A stretch of DNA of 64,000 bases from Phoronis australis (taxonomy: Eukaryota; Animalia; Phoronida), in the NCBI GenBank assembly GCA_002633005.1, contig NMRA01000375.1:322241-386240 (forward strand), given 5' to 3'. Under the pieces are notes generated by a model that did not search any database, was not told where the DNA came from, and worked only from the letters and a program-made list of their open reading frames with translations. The translations under genes and the position numbers were made by a program. Positions 26,126 to 38,708 of this stretch are shown piece by piece. Positions within the stretch are counted from its first letter, which is position 1. Each line of letters begins with the position of its first letter.

Positions 26126-29100
26126 ATGATAAACCGCATAGCTAATTTACCCCCAATTTTTACTCAGATTTTAGGTCACGCCATAGAGAAAAAACTCTAC
26201 GACGTGGTGAAATTAACCAGAAATGGCATGCTTCGGTACTACACTTCGCAGAAAGGAGATATTAATATGCGTTTGAAGATATCGGTATTTTGTCGTGCGT
26301 GAATGGCACCTGTGTGTCTCCCATTTGTATGGAAAGCTAAAACTCACGTGTTATATTGCTTAGATAGGGTCATACTACATGCACATCTCGTAATATCGCG
26401 GGGCACCATGAGGAATACTAAACGGCCGTTTCTGCTTTCGATAACATCTAGCTGTTTTCTTTTTTCTTAAGTTGTCTCTTTGCTGAATTATTTTTAGCAG
26501 ACGGCTCACGAAATGTCGATTTCCACAATATATGTTCTTTAGCAACTCTGGGTGAACCGTCTCGTGACGAGACGGTCTCGCCACCTGGTGACTGGTGTGC
26601 CCCCGCCGGGATGAAAGACTATCTAGATTGTTTACTTTATGAGTACACGGCAGTTGCACATTGTTAATGAAATTATTGGAGAAACTAAATTGCATTTTAC
26701 TAGTAAATGCAGGGTTTGAGTTACATTGTTGAATATCCGCTCACGCCATTTATCGATAACTCTCTAAGGTTTTGTTTCCAATGATTGGAATCCACACGAA
26801 CCTTTTAACACATAAACTGACTTCCGACACTCTCTACGCGGTAAACAGTTAAACCGTAATACACCTGATAAATGCCAAAATATATGACCGAGATATTCAT
26901 GCCAACAAGGTGCATGAAAATAAGAATGGATACCGACATGTCAATCAGTGTAACCAGATAACGGGAAGTTCAATCACGACAATGGTCGACCATCTTAGTC
27001 CCACAAACAACGGAAGCGCTAAAATGTTTTACGATGCACTTGGTATACTTGTAGTACAGTCCGACGATATGCAGTGAAAGAAATAAGAAAAATGTCCATT
27101 GCTGACAAAAGCATGACCCTCACTTGTAATGCATAGCAATGTCTCGTCAAGACTTGCGTGTTTTTGCCAGGTTCTCGCGTCTATGGAACACGGCCACCAC
27201 TTGAGTGTCTGTATGAGTCAATTGAACACTTGCATAAATGAATCTTGTGACAATGACCTGATTGTAGTGGTGGACATACCTTGCTGCATGCAACAGTCGT
27301 TTGCTTCCCCAGAACTCATTTTGATAATGCGGCTCCATAGCAACAGTTTCAGTGCAGTAATATCAGAAACACATCGTACAGACCATGTTGCAGTGTTATG
27401 ATTGCAAAAGACTCCCGCCATATGGCTTTGCGCTTGCAAGACATCGCAACGGTAACTAGGGTGGGTGTGGCCTATCTACGTTCGTCGGAACTTATCCATT
27501 ATAAATCCAATCAAAGAGCAAACACCAACACTCTAGCGTTGCCATAATAACTGGCACACGAGCATACTCACACATTGTCATTTAAAAAAAAAACGTGAGT
27601 CGTGTTACGAACTCAACTGTTGAATGAGCTGCACATCCAAAGCATAATCGCAGCAGCATTGCTCCCCACTAAGAGTAGTTTACAACAATATTTTTCATGT
27701 GCAAAATTTACTCTCCATTATATACTGGACGCCAGTCACCATTTCAGTAAACTACAGAAATACTTGGCGGTAATCATTTCAGAAACTACGGTTGACGATA
27801 GAAGTTTTCAGGTAATGGGTTGTCATTTAGAAAATTTGTTCGAGATAATCGACAAAAATACGTTGTCGTCATAACAATTTGAATTTGCCAAGAGGTCCTC
27901 GAAACAAGCTATACGCAATGTCAAGTTACATAAAAGTACAAAACCAGGTTTCAAGGTAAGCGGCGTTTTTCTTCATGAGTAGTGGTTACTTGTTACTTGA
28001 CACAACACTTTTATTTCACAACGCTAGAAACGATTTATGAATATCAAAAACGTATACTGACACAGATGAATATATGTATAAAATTACTGATCGTCTATAA
28101 ATATTATGTCTTGATTACCGTATCCTCTACTTAACATAATACAGCGTGCTTTTCACTATTGTCAATTACAAAGTGCTCGATGCGAAACTCCGATAAAAAC
28201 GAGTTACACGTACATGCTGCAAACTGCTGCACAGTCCTTACCAACAGGCTTATGCTTTATGTATTACAAAACTGTCATGCAATTCAAAACACAAGGTATA
28301 ATTAGTTATCAAGTATTCTAAAATTTCCAGTAACAAACGCTAAATCAGACAAATCATAGGCTTACTTCGACGATTGGACAATAACGCTTACAAATCTGCA
28401 GTTACTTTATCCAACTGGAACAACGATGAGTTTGGTCCACTACTCTAACAGTCGTATTACACCAACTTGAACCTATCAGTCTGAATGTATTCCGTTTCCA
28501 CCTCATTTCAGTACTAATAAAGCGAATTCTCATGCAAACCAGTTATGTTTAAAAACTTAATCCAAAACACGATAATTCAACTACATGTCACAGACTTTTT
28601 AATATAAAGGGAACTTATTATAATATTCAAGAACTGAATATTGAATTTCTGATGATGCACCTACAAAGTAGCATTAGAATTGCTCGAAGATGTACTTCAC
28701 TTTTTATGAACGAATTGTGAAAACTGGAATACAAACAGTGTTGCGATTTACGAAGTATGAGTCCTTTAAGAGTATAGACAGCCGATAGACGAGAATCATT
28801 TGTGTCTTATAATCTAAAGGAAACGAAAAAAAGAATTGCTTCTTAAAGATGCAGGTTAAAAGTCTAAGCCACTGATAGACTTAGTGAATGTAACTCACGG
28901 TATATTCTAGAACATGGATACTGAATTGTGACGTCATGGCGCCCTCGATTTACGTTACCAAACAATAGGCATGTAAGCGCTATTGGGAGATTGAAAGTAT
29001 TAGTAAAACAGAGAACTGTATTAATTGTCACAGAAACGACCTGTCATGGAACAGCGAATTTCAATAATGGACACGCGATTATCGAATGACGGCGACAAGA

Positions 29101-29899
29101 TAAACGTACAGTCATTTTTAATGAAGTGCTGTCATTCAGTGGGTCGGTGAAGCGCTCACCTGGGATCTCACACCTTACGACTATTCAGCTCGACTACTTC
29201 ACTTGCCTGTCCGTCAATATCTGTCTGTTCTCCAAATGTCATATGCGATTTTCACGCACCATTCTTAGTCGTATACTATTGCACTTTGTAGACAGGTGGT
29301 ACGATGCGATCTGTGCAAGCTCAAATTAAACTCGTATACAATTTCTCTTTTGAGCTACAGCGCATCCGACTTTCTCCTTACTAATTCGTGTACCACAAGC
29401 GCAGAGAACCGCCGGCGAGGACGTCATACGGTATACAGTCCTGAGTAGCCTGCAGGGGTAGTGTCAAGCAAAAGAGATTCCTTTCACCATGGACTGAGTT
29501 TCTCCACAAGTGTCTGAAGAAGAGGCTTTCATTCGTAAAGGGTGTTCATGTTCCTCACGGCAACAGAACTATCATTGCTCTATCATTGCAAGGGCAATAT
29601 CCAGACCATGTAACGGTAAGTGCTATATGTAGAGAAACAATTCCGTGACCGCGCTTCAAATTCCAGCTACGACCCACTTCGGTCCCCTGACCTGCAAACA
29701 CTACCTACGATACAAACTCCCAAACTAAACTTCACACACGAATCCAAAATGTTCCACACTCTGTTAACAATGTCTAATTCCGGGGACAAGACTACATGGC
29801 CACATCTCTAGTCTCGCAGCTGAAATTTAGAGGAAGGGCCATGAAATCTGGTCCGCAGAACTAAATGGAAGGTCATACATAGAATATGGATCATTTTTG

Positions 29900-30037
29900 G
29901 TATGTGTGTGTGTGCGTGTGTGTGTTTGTGTGCAGGGGCGGATNTTTGCCCGTCAGACATTTGCACTCCCCCATCTGACTAATGTAAACTGGGAGAATTT
30001 TAGGTGGGGCCATGGCCCCCCTCTAAATCTGCCACTG

Positions 30038-30070
<33 letters not shown>

Positions 30071-30115
30071 CGCGCGCGTGCATGTGTGCGTGTGTGTGCG
30101 CGCGCCTGTGTGTGT
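29900..30115. repeat. (GT/GC)n microsatellite interrupted by an hAT-like MITE (29933-30037)
   Basis: TG repeats on both sides; MITE ends CAGGGGCGGAT / ATCTGCCACTG; N at 29944. Confidence 0.75.
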
Positions 30116-32858
30116 AGCGTTTAGGGGTGCAGGACTGGGATCGACTTGTACAGCGGGTTTGGTGTCATGCAGCTGGTTCGGGGTGTTCAGGGATCGTAGG
30201 TGGAATTTAGAGGCACAGAATTGTTTCCACCCCGTGATGTGATCTTGTTGAAATTTTGATGTTTCAGCTAAACAGAAGAATCTGTACGTTTAAAAGTTAA
30301 GTGTTTATAGTTTTGTATGCATTTGCAGTTGATTTACTATAAAACAAAAGTGATGATCGTTGAACTTCAGCGGACATTCGAAACTTTAAAATTCTGTCTA
30401 AACTTTGTCTTAAATTGAAAAGAGTTGATGTCTTGTCAGAAGTGATAAGGATATCATTGTCAAGTGGGAATAAGTTTTTGTCAAATTGTTTCGTATCAAA
30501 ATCCGTTTGATGAACATTTTAACCAAACAGAAGCGAATGAAATGTTTAGACGGAGTTAGCGCATTTGAGTGGTCGGTAATTCGAAACCCATGTTTCATCC
30601 AGATCCACGATATCAATAAGTCAATATTTAGGCAGGTACATGAACGATGGCACTTGATATTGAATAAGTCAGCGACGGATGACATGATAAAGGTACATCA
30701 AAGATTATTATAAGTACGACCGGTAGACTGTAAGTGATCGAGGTATCTTCACGAGAATCTCAGACGAGCAGCGACAACACTAGAAGGACTGGTATGGGTA
30801 GAGTTCCGTAGACGCAAGATTATCGCAAAAGAGAAGAAGCTAGTGCGACCACGCGCTTTGCTTTTAACGTATAGCGATATCTCGCGAAGTTTACGTGCTC
30901 TCCTTTTTCATAAAGTTCTCGAACCTACGGAACGCATGGACAGTCCCAGTCTTCGGAGAGCCCTCAAGCATGTTTGACTTCACTGCAAATTTTATTCATT
31001 TCTTATTCAACGGAGGTTTCTAGGTTCCACGAGATACAAGCTGTCGGTATGTGAATTTTTGTGATCGAGTCTTCAAACAAAATCAGATTGTGCGTATAAA
31101 TAATTCGCAAGGTTCAGCTGGAAAAACGACGAATTGTTGTGACCTCACAAAATGAACACACGCTAATTGTAGAATCTAATGAAAACGACATATGTGTTGT
31201 TTTCCTGTGAATTACATTGTCTTGTAATCCTTGTTGCATTCCCTTCCCAGGTAGCAATTGTCGGTTGAGCCCTTAGTACATCCCTGTATATAAAAAATGT
31301 CACGTACTGATTTCCATGATTTGGATAGTTTCCAATTTGCTACACTCACCACCAGATGACGCAGTGAGCTCTACATATCACTTGTAAACAAATTTCGTTG
31401 ACGGTTTTCCAGAGCGGACTGTATGGGATGGATTTCTATCCTCCTTAAGAATATTATGTTGTTCGATTAAGCAATCCTACACAGAGTGCCATCTCGAGTT
31501 TAATTCCGCAATGTATTATTAGGAGACTGAGCCCTGTTTTAGCCTACTAGGCTGATATGGGATTTTTAACCACAAGTAGTCGAAACAAAATAAAACTTTG
31601 TAAATATCCAAAATGTGGAACAATGTAAAATTTGTAAAGAATGTTAGTTCGGCAAGCACGGCTAATTACACTCTCAGACTGTATTCCGCAGCACTAAAGA
31701 AAATACAATTTGTCATAAAGCGAGGAAGATTTTTTAGACACTCATTTAATTCATAAACCCATAGATTCAAATTTAGCCTGTGTAAGCCAACTCTAACGAG
31801 TATTACTGATATCCTGTCCGAGTTTTTTCTTTGCAGACGAAAAATTTACGGTATTATCTTGTAATATCTAACATCAAAAGCAATGACACGTGACTATTTT
31901 GCTTTTCAACCTTTAAGAACGACTCCACATAAAAACCAACAGGTAGTTTCTATACCCAAAGTCACAGATTTTTTGAGACTTAGCACATGCGTTTGGTTTG
32001 GTGAAATGCAGAAAAATTGAGTTTTTTAATATATTTTATCCATTATTTCTCTTTTTATGACATGTACCTCCAATTTGCACCAAAATTGGGCGCCGAAGTA
32101 GACGTGTTTGAATGCATTTTACTAAGCTGATAACAAATGAGTGAGACAGTTTTAAAGGACCATAATTGACTAATTTAATGACATACCTTTCAAAATTCCT
32201 TTTCAAATTTGCATGCTTCGATTTTGTGTGGCAAAAACGGCTACTTTGCTGGTTTTCACTGAAGCCAATTCCGGTCTAATTTGGCACTGTGTAGCAGCCA
32301 TATTGCAACTTTTCAAAAACTGACCTCATGATAAATTGTTTAGTCAATCCTAACCTCTTCATAATCTAAAATGAAAAAGGTTCAAAGACACCGTAAAACT
32401 TATTAAGTGAAAGATCCACGAAGAAGCGACTGATGCCACTGCCATTACCGTTGTGATACAGTCTCTTTCCAAAGGTACTGCTTTCTGTTTAGGGGTTGAT
32501 AGACGAAAGAATGCTTCATAAATAGATAATAACTGGATATGTAGCCTTGGCCGACTTTTATTAACATCGAAGCATTAAATCAATACAAAGAAAGTAAACG
32601 TCTTATCAATATTAGATCAAATTTCTGGTAATGGCTGTAAATACTCCAGCTCAGTCAAAAGACTGTCATATGTATGCACACGACACCATATCGGCAACTT
32701 TACAAGTTGGCCACGCAACTATTTTCCACGGTGCGCTCGAAATTCAGGTTCATCGTCACTTGCTGCGGTCGATTAGACGCTTCGAAAAGTCCGGTGTACG
32801 CAGATGTTTTGCGGTGGACATAATGCCAAGGTGAAATTTCCATTACAGGAGAGAGTTA

Positions 32859-34835
32859 CTACTGTTTCCCACAAAGAAACCACTTTTTAAAGAGAGAGCA
32901 TGTGGCGCTCCTTTCTGTCCTCAGGGCCTCGATGACATGTTCCCAAATGGCGTTCTCTGGTCCCTGAGACATCAGTTGGGACGCATCGTGGAATCTCTTG
33001 TTAGATTGCGTCTCCCAGTTGATGAGAACCATGAGCTCGCATACCTTAATAAAGTCGCCGTAGTGAGTTGTACAAGGATTGTCCATCAACAACGTTGCCT
33101 CTCGATAATCCAAAAACTGCCCCTTGTACAAACCGTTAACTTTGATCACTACAATGCTGTCCGGATTCACGGCCCTCAAAACTACGCCTGCTCTGTTGAG
33201 CGTATTAATTTGTTCACATATCGTGATCAAGATGTCAAGCCAGTCTTGATTCCTCGGTGAAGTAAACCCAGGCGTTTCCTTCTCGTAGTCGCTAAGAATT
33301 TCACGCAGTGTCCTTCCGCAGCGGCTATTGTTTCCTGCAAAGTCAAATAAAACTCTCCACGAATAGTGAATTTCGTTTTCCTCCAATGGGAAAAGCCCTC
33401 GAAAATGAGGGCCGATTCCTTTCCCATTGACAAATTGGAACACTTCAACCTCTCTTCTGACCTCATATAAAGATGACGATTCTTTGCAGAATACTTTGAG
33501 GGCGTAAAACATCTGCTGTCGCTCAACTAGAAACATACAGCCATAATATCCTCGATCAATGACTACGGGGTTTCCGTCACGATAAACGTAATTGTAAGTC
33601 ATGGGGTCGTGAACAACAGTCTCACAAACGTTAATAGCAAAGTCTGGCAAATCCAGCTGCGGTGATGTCTTGAAAGTTGGAAAGAAAAAAGCGGGTTCAT
33701 ATCCAGACCAAATTCGTTTCTTTCTACTACGCTTTTTCATAGAAAATACTGATTTCACTTTACGAACTGCTCTCTGAAAAACTGATAACTGTTGCACATC
33801 GCCTTTTCTGTTTAAGCCATCAGCGTCCTCGCTCATACCAGGTACTGGCAAGAATCTAGTTTCTGTAACTTCTTCCGGAAACATGTGTAGAGTAAGGTCC
33901 GTAATCGAGCCCAAGTTCTTCGCGAAGTTCTGATTTCTATCATCTCCACATCCTTTGAAATCTTCAGAGCAAGCAGGCGGTGATAACTCGTAACCCTTGG
34001 CTACGCTCTCGTATTCGTGACATGCCAAACTATCGACGTCCCGCGGTGTGGTGACTCTATGTGGCTCTCGACTAACGTTCAAACAATGTACACGGTTGTT
34101 TCGGAAAGATCGCTTTCGTTTTGTCTGTTTTTTACCAGCAACTGAATATCCAGGTAGAGATGACTCGTTACTCTTGACCTCGTGACCGTTGCCTCTCAAC
34201 AGGATCAGGTCTCTATGTGATTCTCGGTTGTTACTCATACATGTTGCCCTGTTTTGTAATATCCCTTTTTCGGCATCACCAAAGCAACCAGGAGGAGGTG
34301 AGTCGTTACTTTTGGTCTTCACCTCGTAAAAATCCCCTCTCAAATTTATTTCGTCCGGGGTGATATTACTTTGAAGGTCTCGACGACCACTCGAGCAATT
34401 CGTATTGCTGTTATGCATGGCTCTATTTTGTTTCTGCTTTTTGTCGTCACCAGGCCAACCACAGGATTGCAAGTCGTCACTCATGGCCACCATCTCATCC
34501 TCGTGCGGGATGAGGTCCCTTTGAGGCTCTCCCCTGGCATTCAAGCAATGTGCACGGTTGTTTTGTTTTGACCGTTCTTCGGCATAATCAGACCATGCAG
34601 ACGGAGGTAATTCGTCTTTTGTGGATACCATCTGGTAATGGTCGTCTCCCGACTCGTACTCACCCTCATTCGGGATGTTGTCTCTAAGTGGCTCTCGAAA
34701 ACCACTGTAGCAATCTGCACTGTTAGATTGCATTGCTCGTAATTCTTCAATTCTTTTTTTCGCTTGCTCCCGTGCTATATACAATTTGAGTCTCTCATTC
34801 GTCCTCTTCAGGATATCTTTTTTATTTGTAATCAT
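32859..34835 (-). CDS. Intronless 658-aa protein: repetitive N-terminus plus C-terminal protein-kinase-like (pseudokinase) domain
   Basis: Uninterrupted 1977-nt ORF; IDRGYYG (Gly loop), YALK, RREVE (alphaC), VVLRAVNPDSIVV (in place of HRDLKPxN), FLDYRE (in place of DFG). Confidence 0.8.
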   Translation of the reverse strand: MITNKKDILKRTNERLKLYIAREQAKKRIEELRAMQSNSADCYSGFREPLRDNIPNEGEYESGDDHYQMVSTKDELPPSAWSDYAEERSKQNNRAHCLNARGEPQRDLIPHEDEMVAMSDDLQSCGWPGDDKKQKQNRAMHNSNTNCSSGRRDLQSNITPDEINLRGDFYEVKTKSNDSPPPGCFGDAEKGILQNRATCMSNNRESHRDLILLRGNGHEVKSNESSLPGYSVAGKKQTKRKRSFRNNRVHCLNVSREPHRVTTPRDVDSLACHEYESVAKGYELSPPACSEDFKGCGDDRNQNFAKNLGSITDLTLHMFPEEVTETRFLPVPGMSEDADGLNRKGDVQQLSVFQRAVRKVKSVFSMKKRSRKKRIWSGYEPAFFFPTFKTSPQLDLPDFAINVCETVVHDPMTYNYVYRDGNPVVIDRGYYGCMFLVERQQMFYALKVFCKESSSLYEVRREVEVFQFVNGKGIGPHFRGLFPLEENEIHYSWRVLFDFAGNNSRCGRTLREILSDYEKETPGFTSPRNQDWLDILITICEQINTLNRAGVVLRAVNPDSIVVIKVNGLYKGQFLDYREATLLMDNPCTTHYGDFIKVCELMVLINWETQSNKRFHDASQLMSQGPENAIWEHVIEALRTERSATCSLFKKWFLCGKQ

Positions 34836-34935
34836 CCCGACTATTTGTGTGAGGCCCTACACCTCCACTAACCAAAACAACAATCTTGTCTGTCATGAAC
34901 CATCACGTGCATATTAATTTACGAATGAGTATTTG

Positions 34936-34974
34936 TTACGTCATTCTCTATTGTGTAATAACTACCGTGACGTA
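34936..34974 (-). promoter_or_regulatory. Pair of CRE/ATF-like sites upstream of the pseudokinase
   Basis: TTACGTCA at 34936-34943 and TGACGTA at 34968-34974, 100-140 nt upstream of the ATG. Confidence 0.35.
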
Positions 34975-37473
34975 TTTTTAAAAATATATTTTAAGAGACA
35001 GTAAAAATTTTCAGAGAATATATCAAATGGAGAACAATTTTTAAACATTAGAAAACTATAGCATTTTTCATATCCTATTACAATTTAACGTTGTGCGTTT
35101 GGGGAAAATGGTACAACATAATGTAAAATTACAAAAGACATCAAGTTATCATTTGTAAGCGAACGTGTTCTGTCAAGAACTTAATAATTTGATTGCTGAC
35201 ATGGGAGAACGAACAATCATGACATATTGCCGCTCATAAAAATTGAAAGTAAAATAATCCCTACACAATGAATTCTAGTACATGAACCAAGAGGCAGGTT
35301 TAACGTTAATCATAGCTAATGACGCACAGGCTGTCTGCATAAATTTGCTTTCTTAATTGCTTGTTTATACCGTTAATACTTCATTTTGAAAATCAGTTTA
35401 TTTCAGGACAAGGTCATAGTCATTTTTTAAATTCCCGACTTTCAAAGTTGAATTTCGGTATGTTTAGCTGTTCAATAGACGAAATTTGAATTGGACGTTC
35501 TTGCTCATAAAATTGGTCTCGCAGTAATCCTAAGTACAATATGATTCATTTTAAAATTACCAACTTAAGTCACAGGCAATGCGCGCATGCGCCAGGTTGA
35601 AATTCACAATTCCAGGGTTCGATAACCTCAATAATGTCGAAGGCGAATTTTTGAGTCTCCGTGTGTTTTCTGTTGTTGACAGAATGAGAATGTAATCACG
35701 GTAAGGAATGCTATGAGACTGATTTCACCATGGGTGTCAAAAACCTAATTCGATTTCAGTTTTTTAGCTTACCATGGAGAAATGCATCTTTGAAAGAAAG
35801 AAAGACCAAATAAAGGTGCTGGACAGGAATACGTCACAGCATGAACGCTTTAGGCCGCGACTATACATTTTGTGCTAACTTCATGGTAGATATCAGCAGC
35901 CGCCCAAAGAGGGCATTATGTTTAAAATCAATTGTAAGTTTTAAAATCCAGCGAAGCATCAAAGTATCCAAAACATTTTTTCCTGTCTGAATGTGGCAAC
36001 ACATCAAGTAGTCAGTTTGTTCGTCGCTTATTTCGGAAAAATATCCTTTAAGTTCACATTATTTTTACGATTTAAAGCTCGAGTCGAGAACAGCAGTAGC
36101 ACACAGCTGACTTAAGCGTGTGCAATTGATACTGGATAAATATTCTCAAATGCAATAGTAACACCATTGATAATACCCACACGAGTGAGAGTTGCGACGG
36201 TATGTGAGTTACACGTATACCTAATGTTTGCAGTTCATAATTTTTCTAGATTCAATGTGACATTATTTGGGAGAAAAGGCAAATTCGATCATGAGGCTCA
36301 CACGCGCCGTTCCAAACTATCTGCCGTCTGAGCTACATGCACGCCATTACTTTAGCGCATTTCACATGATATGCAGTAAAATTAAAAAAAAAACAAAAAA
36401 AAAAAAACGAAATTTATTGCTTTGGAGCTCTGGTCAAAGCTGATAACTTTAAAAATCTATTCCATTCAATAATAAAACCAATAATGCGTCGGTCGGCAGT
36501 AAAAACGACATGTCTCTTTAAAATAGAGTCAGGCATTTATTCAGAATTTTGCCAAACCAAGAACAGTTACAATTGTATGAAGCTGATCACAACTTGTTTC
36601 AGAATCAGGTGAGAAGTGTATTTTGGGCTAGTGAAAACTAGCAATTCGTTAGTGCTGCTATTTTGGCTTGAGAAAAAGGTCGACGTATAAAATGGCCTGA
36701 CGAGACTAGCTACTTAGTATGTAGCTTACTCTCGAGCAATGCGAATAGCGAGCTGTCACTTATTCCCAAACCCAGAAATTTCTTCTAACAACTTGAACAC
36801 CCCACTTGAGTAGACTTACATGATTGTCGCTGAAATGATTGACCAGCGATACTAGAATGTTGAATTATAGGATATGATTCAATTTCCACGCAATACGAGA
36901 AACTTTCTCGTCGCAATTGCGCCTTTGTCCTATGAAATTTGGAGACTTTGATATCAGGACGTACCGTATAGGCTATAGTCGTATGTTTGCAAAGTCTTGT
37001 GCACATGACCAACTTGTATTCTTTGTTTTAACCAATGAAAATTGTCTAGTATAAACATTGTGGTTTAAAAACGTTCTAACCTGTCTTCCAGTGATACTAA
37101 ATAACTATGATTCGTTTCCACTGATTCCCTAAAACGTAAACTTGTTCATATCTTTGTTGAACCTGGTTTATGTATGCCTAGTGATTTTCTTTCAGGGGAA
37201 GTGTTAATTGCACATTAGCGCGTGTCAAATCCATATCACCTACACTCCATAATATCATTTTAGCAGAGTTCAGAGTTTGTTACCACATAAGCGTACTGTA
37301 TTCGGCAGGTTACGTACGCACAACTAAGTCATTCTGATGCACAGTAAAAAGTCTCCCTTCCTCACGAGCCGCTAGGACAGTCTCACTAATAGCGTTTCTT
37401 TTTTCACGGGCACGTTTATCTGTTTGCACATGTTGTAGTTCCTTCCGCACGCCCCGCAGTTGTTTTTCTTGCG

Positions 37474-37734
37474 CATGCGCGCACCCGGGGGGGGGGTTGG
37501 CTCGCGTGGCTCGATTGAGCCCCCCATTTGGTGAAGTGAGCAAAAATGTCCGCCTCAGAGAAACAAAAAGTCCTAGAAAACGAGATAATAGTCCAATAAA
37601 AAGGAGCAGACGCACAGGTCACAGTCCTGAAGGTGGTACCACGTTTTTCTAGTCCTCCCGCGTTTTCGCCAGGAAAAGGTCCACATCGTCGGAAATTCGA
37701 GCACCCCCCATATTAAAGGCTGGGTGCGTGCATC
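37474..37734. mobile_element. MITE with CATG-type termini and 5-bp TSD, copy 2
   Basis: TIR CATGCGCGCACCC / GGGTGCGTGCATC; TTGCG duplicated on both sides; homologous to 23944-24200. Confidence 0.85.
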
Positions 37735-37920
37735 TTGCGAACCACCTATTCAGTATATATTTTGTGTATCCAACCGATTCGTAACTCTAGGTGTTGTGAC
37801 ACAAGTTATGCTACCGTGTCACATGTGTTGAGTGGTTCATTTAGTGTCCAGTATCTTATTGTATTATTCCATTTCAGGCGCTATGGGAGCACATTTGCCT
37901 GTTTATTTGAATCTTCTCAC

Positions 37921-38520
37921 ATGGCTAGACGCGGAGTGCGCGAGAACTGTTCGCTGCTTCCTGAATTGACCACCGGGGCGTGCCTCGTGTACAGACGAAG
38001 AAGCGACTACAGTGACCTGATAAAACGAGCGGTCACTAGCAACAACGGGGACAGGAAGTGGAAACGACCACTGAACTATGAAGGGACAAGTAAGGTGTTG
38101 ACAAAGCGAAAAAATAGTTATTTTGAAAAAGCTAGTGAGAATGCTACCAGTTTCCGAGAAAAATACGTCGAGTTGGAGCTCAAAGCTATGCGATCAGACA
38201 CTTACGGAAGACGACTTCCTAAGCTGCCCGAGAACGTAGTGAACAGCAGAGATTTTGTAGGAACGTGGCTCTCTTTGGGAGCAGGTACTGATCAGATGAG
38301 TAAACATTTACCTCAGCAGCTGGACGAGAGCGTAACGACTGACGTCAGCTCAGCACCGCGGAAGACAGTAGCGCGCGTGACCCAGGGACAGCTGAAATAT
38401 TACCGTCGGACTCAGAAACAGAAATTGAGAAACATTACTGGAGTACCACCAAACACCCCTTACCAAGGTACTCTTAGTATAAGTGAATATTGTTTAAAGT
38501 CAAAAGTTTCTCGTAGTTGA
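37921..38520 (+). CDS. Uncharacterised basic (Arg/Lys-rich) protein, about 199 aa
   Basis: Open frame of 261 codons overall; strong acceptor ttccatttcag at 37878 precedes the ATG at 37921; coding-like GC content; no recognisable domain. Confidence 0.5.
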   Translation: MARRGVRENCSLLPELTTGACLVYRRRSDYSDLIKRAVTSNNGDRKWKRPLNYEGTSKVLTKRKNSYFEKASENATSFREKYVELELKAMRSDTYGRRLPKLPENVVNSRDFVGTWLSLGAGTDQMSKHLPQQLDESVTTDVSSAPRKTVARVTQGQLKYYRRTQKQKLRNITGVPPNTPYQGTLSISEYCLKSKVSRS

Positions 38521-38708
38521 AAGTCGTGTGTTTGACAACGACAAAAGGTAATGACAGGTCTCCTACGTCACTAATTATTAGTTACTAACGGCAGCAAAAA
38601 GGCAGCATCGCAGACCCTTCTCAAGCTGTGACGTAATTTTGGCATGCGTAACTATACTATGACGCTACCAATAACACATGACGGAGGTGACTTTGAAAAG
38701 TGCGTACT

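Noticed and set aside
30738-30978. ~80-codon open frame on the plus strand
   Set aside because: No suitable start or splice context and no recognisable motif; consistent with chance.
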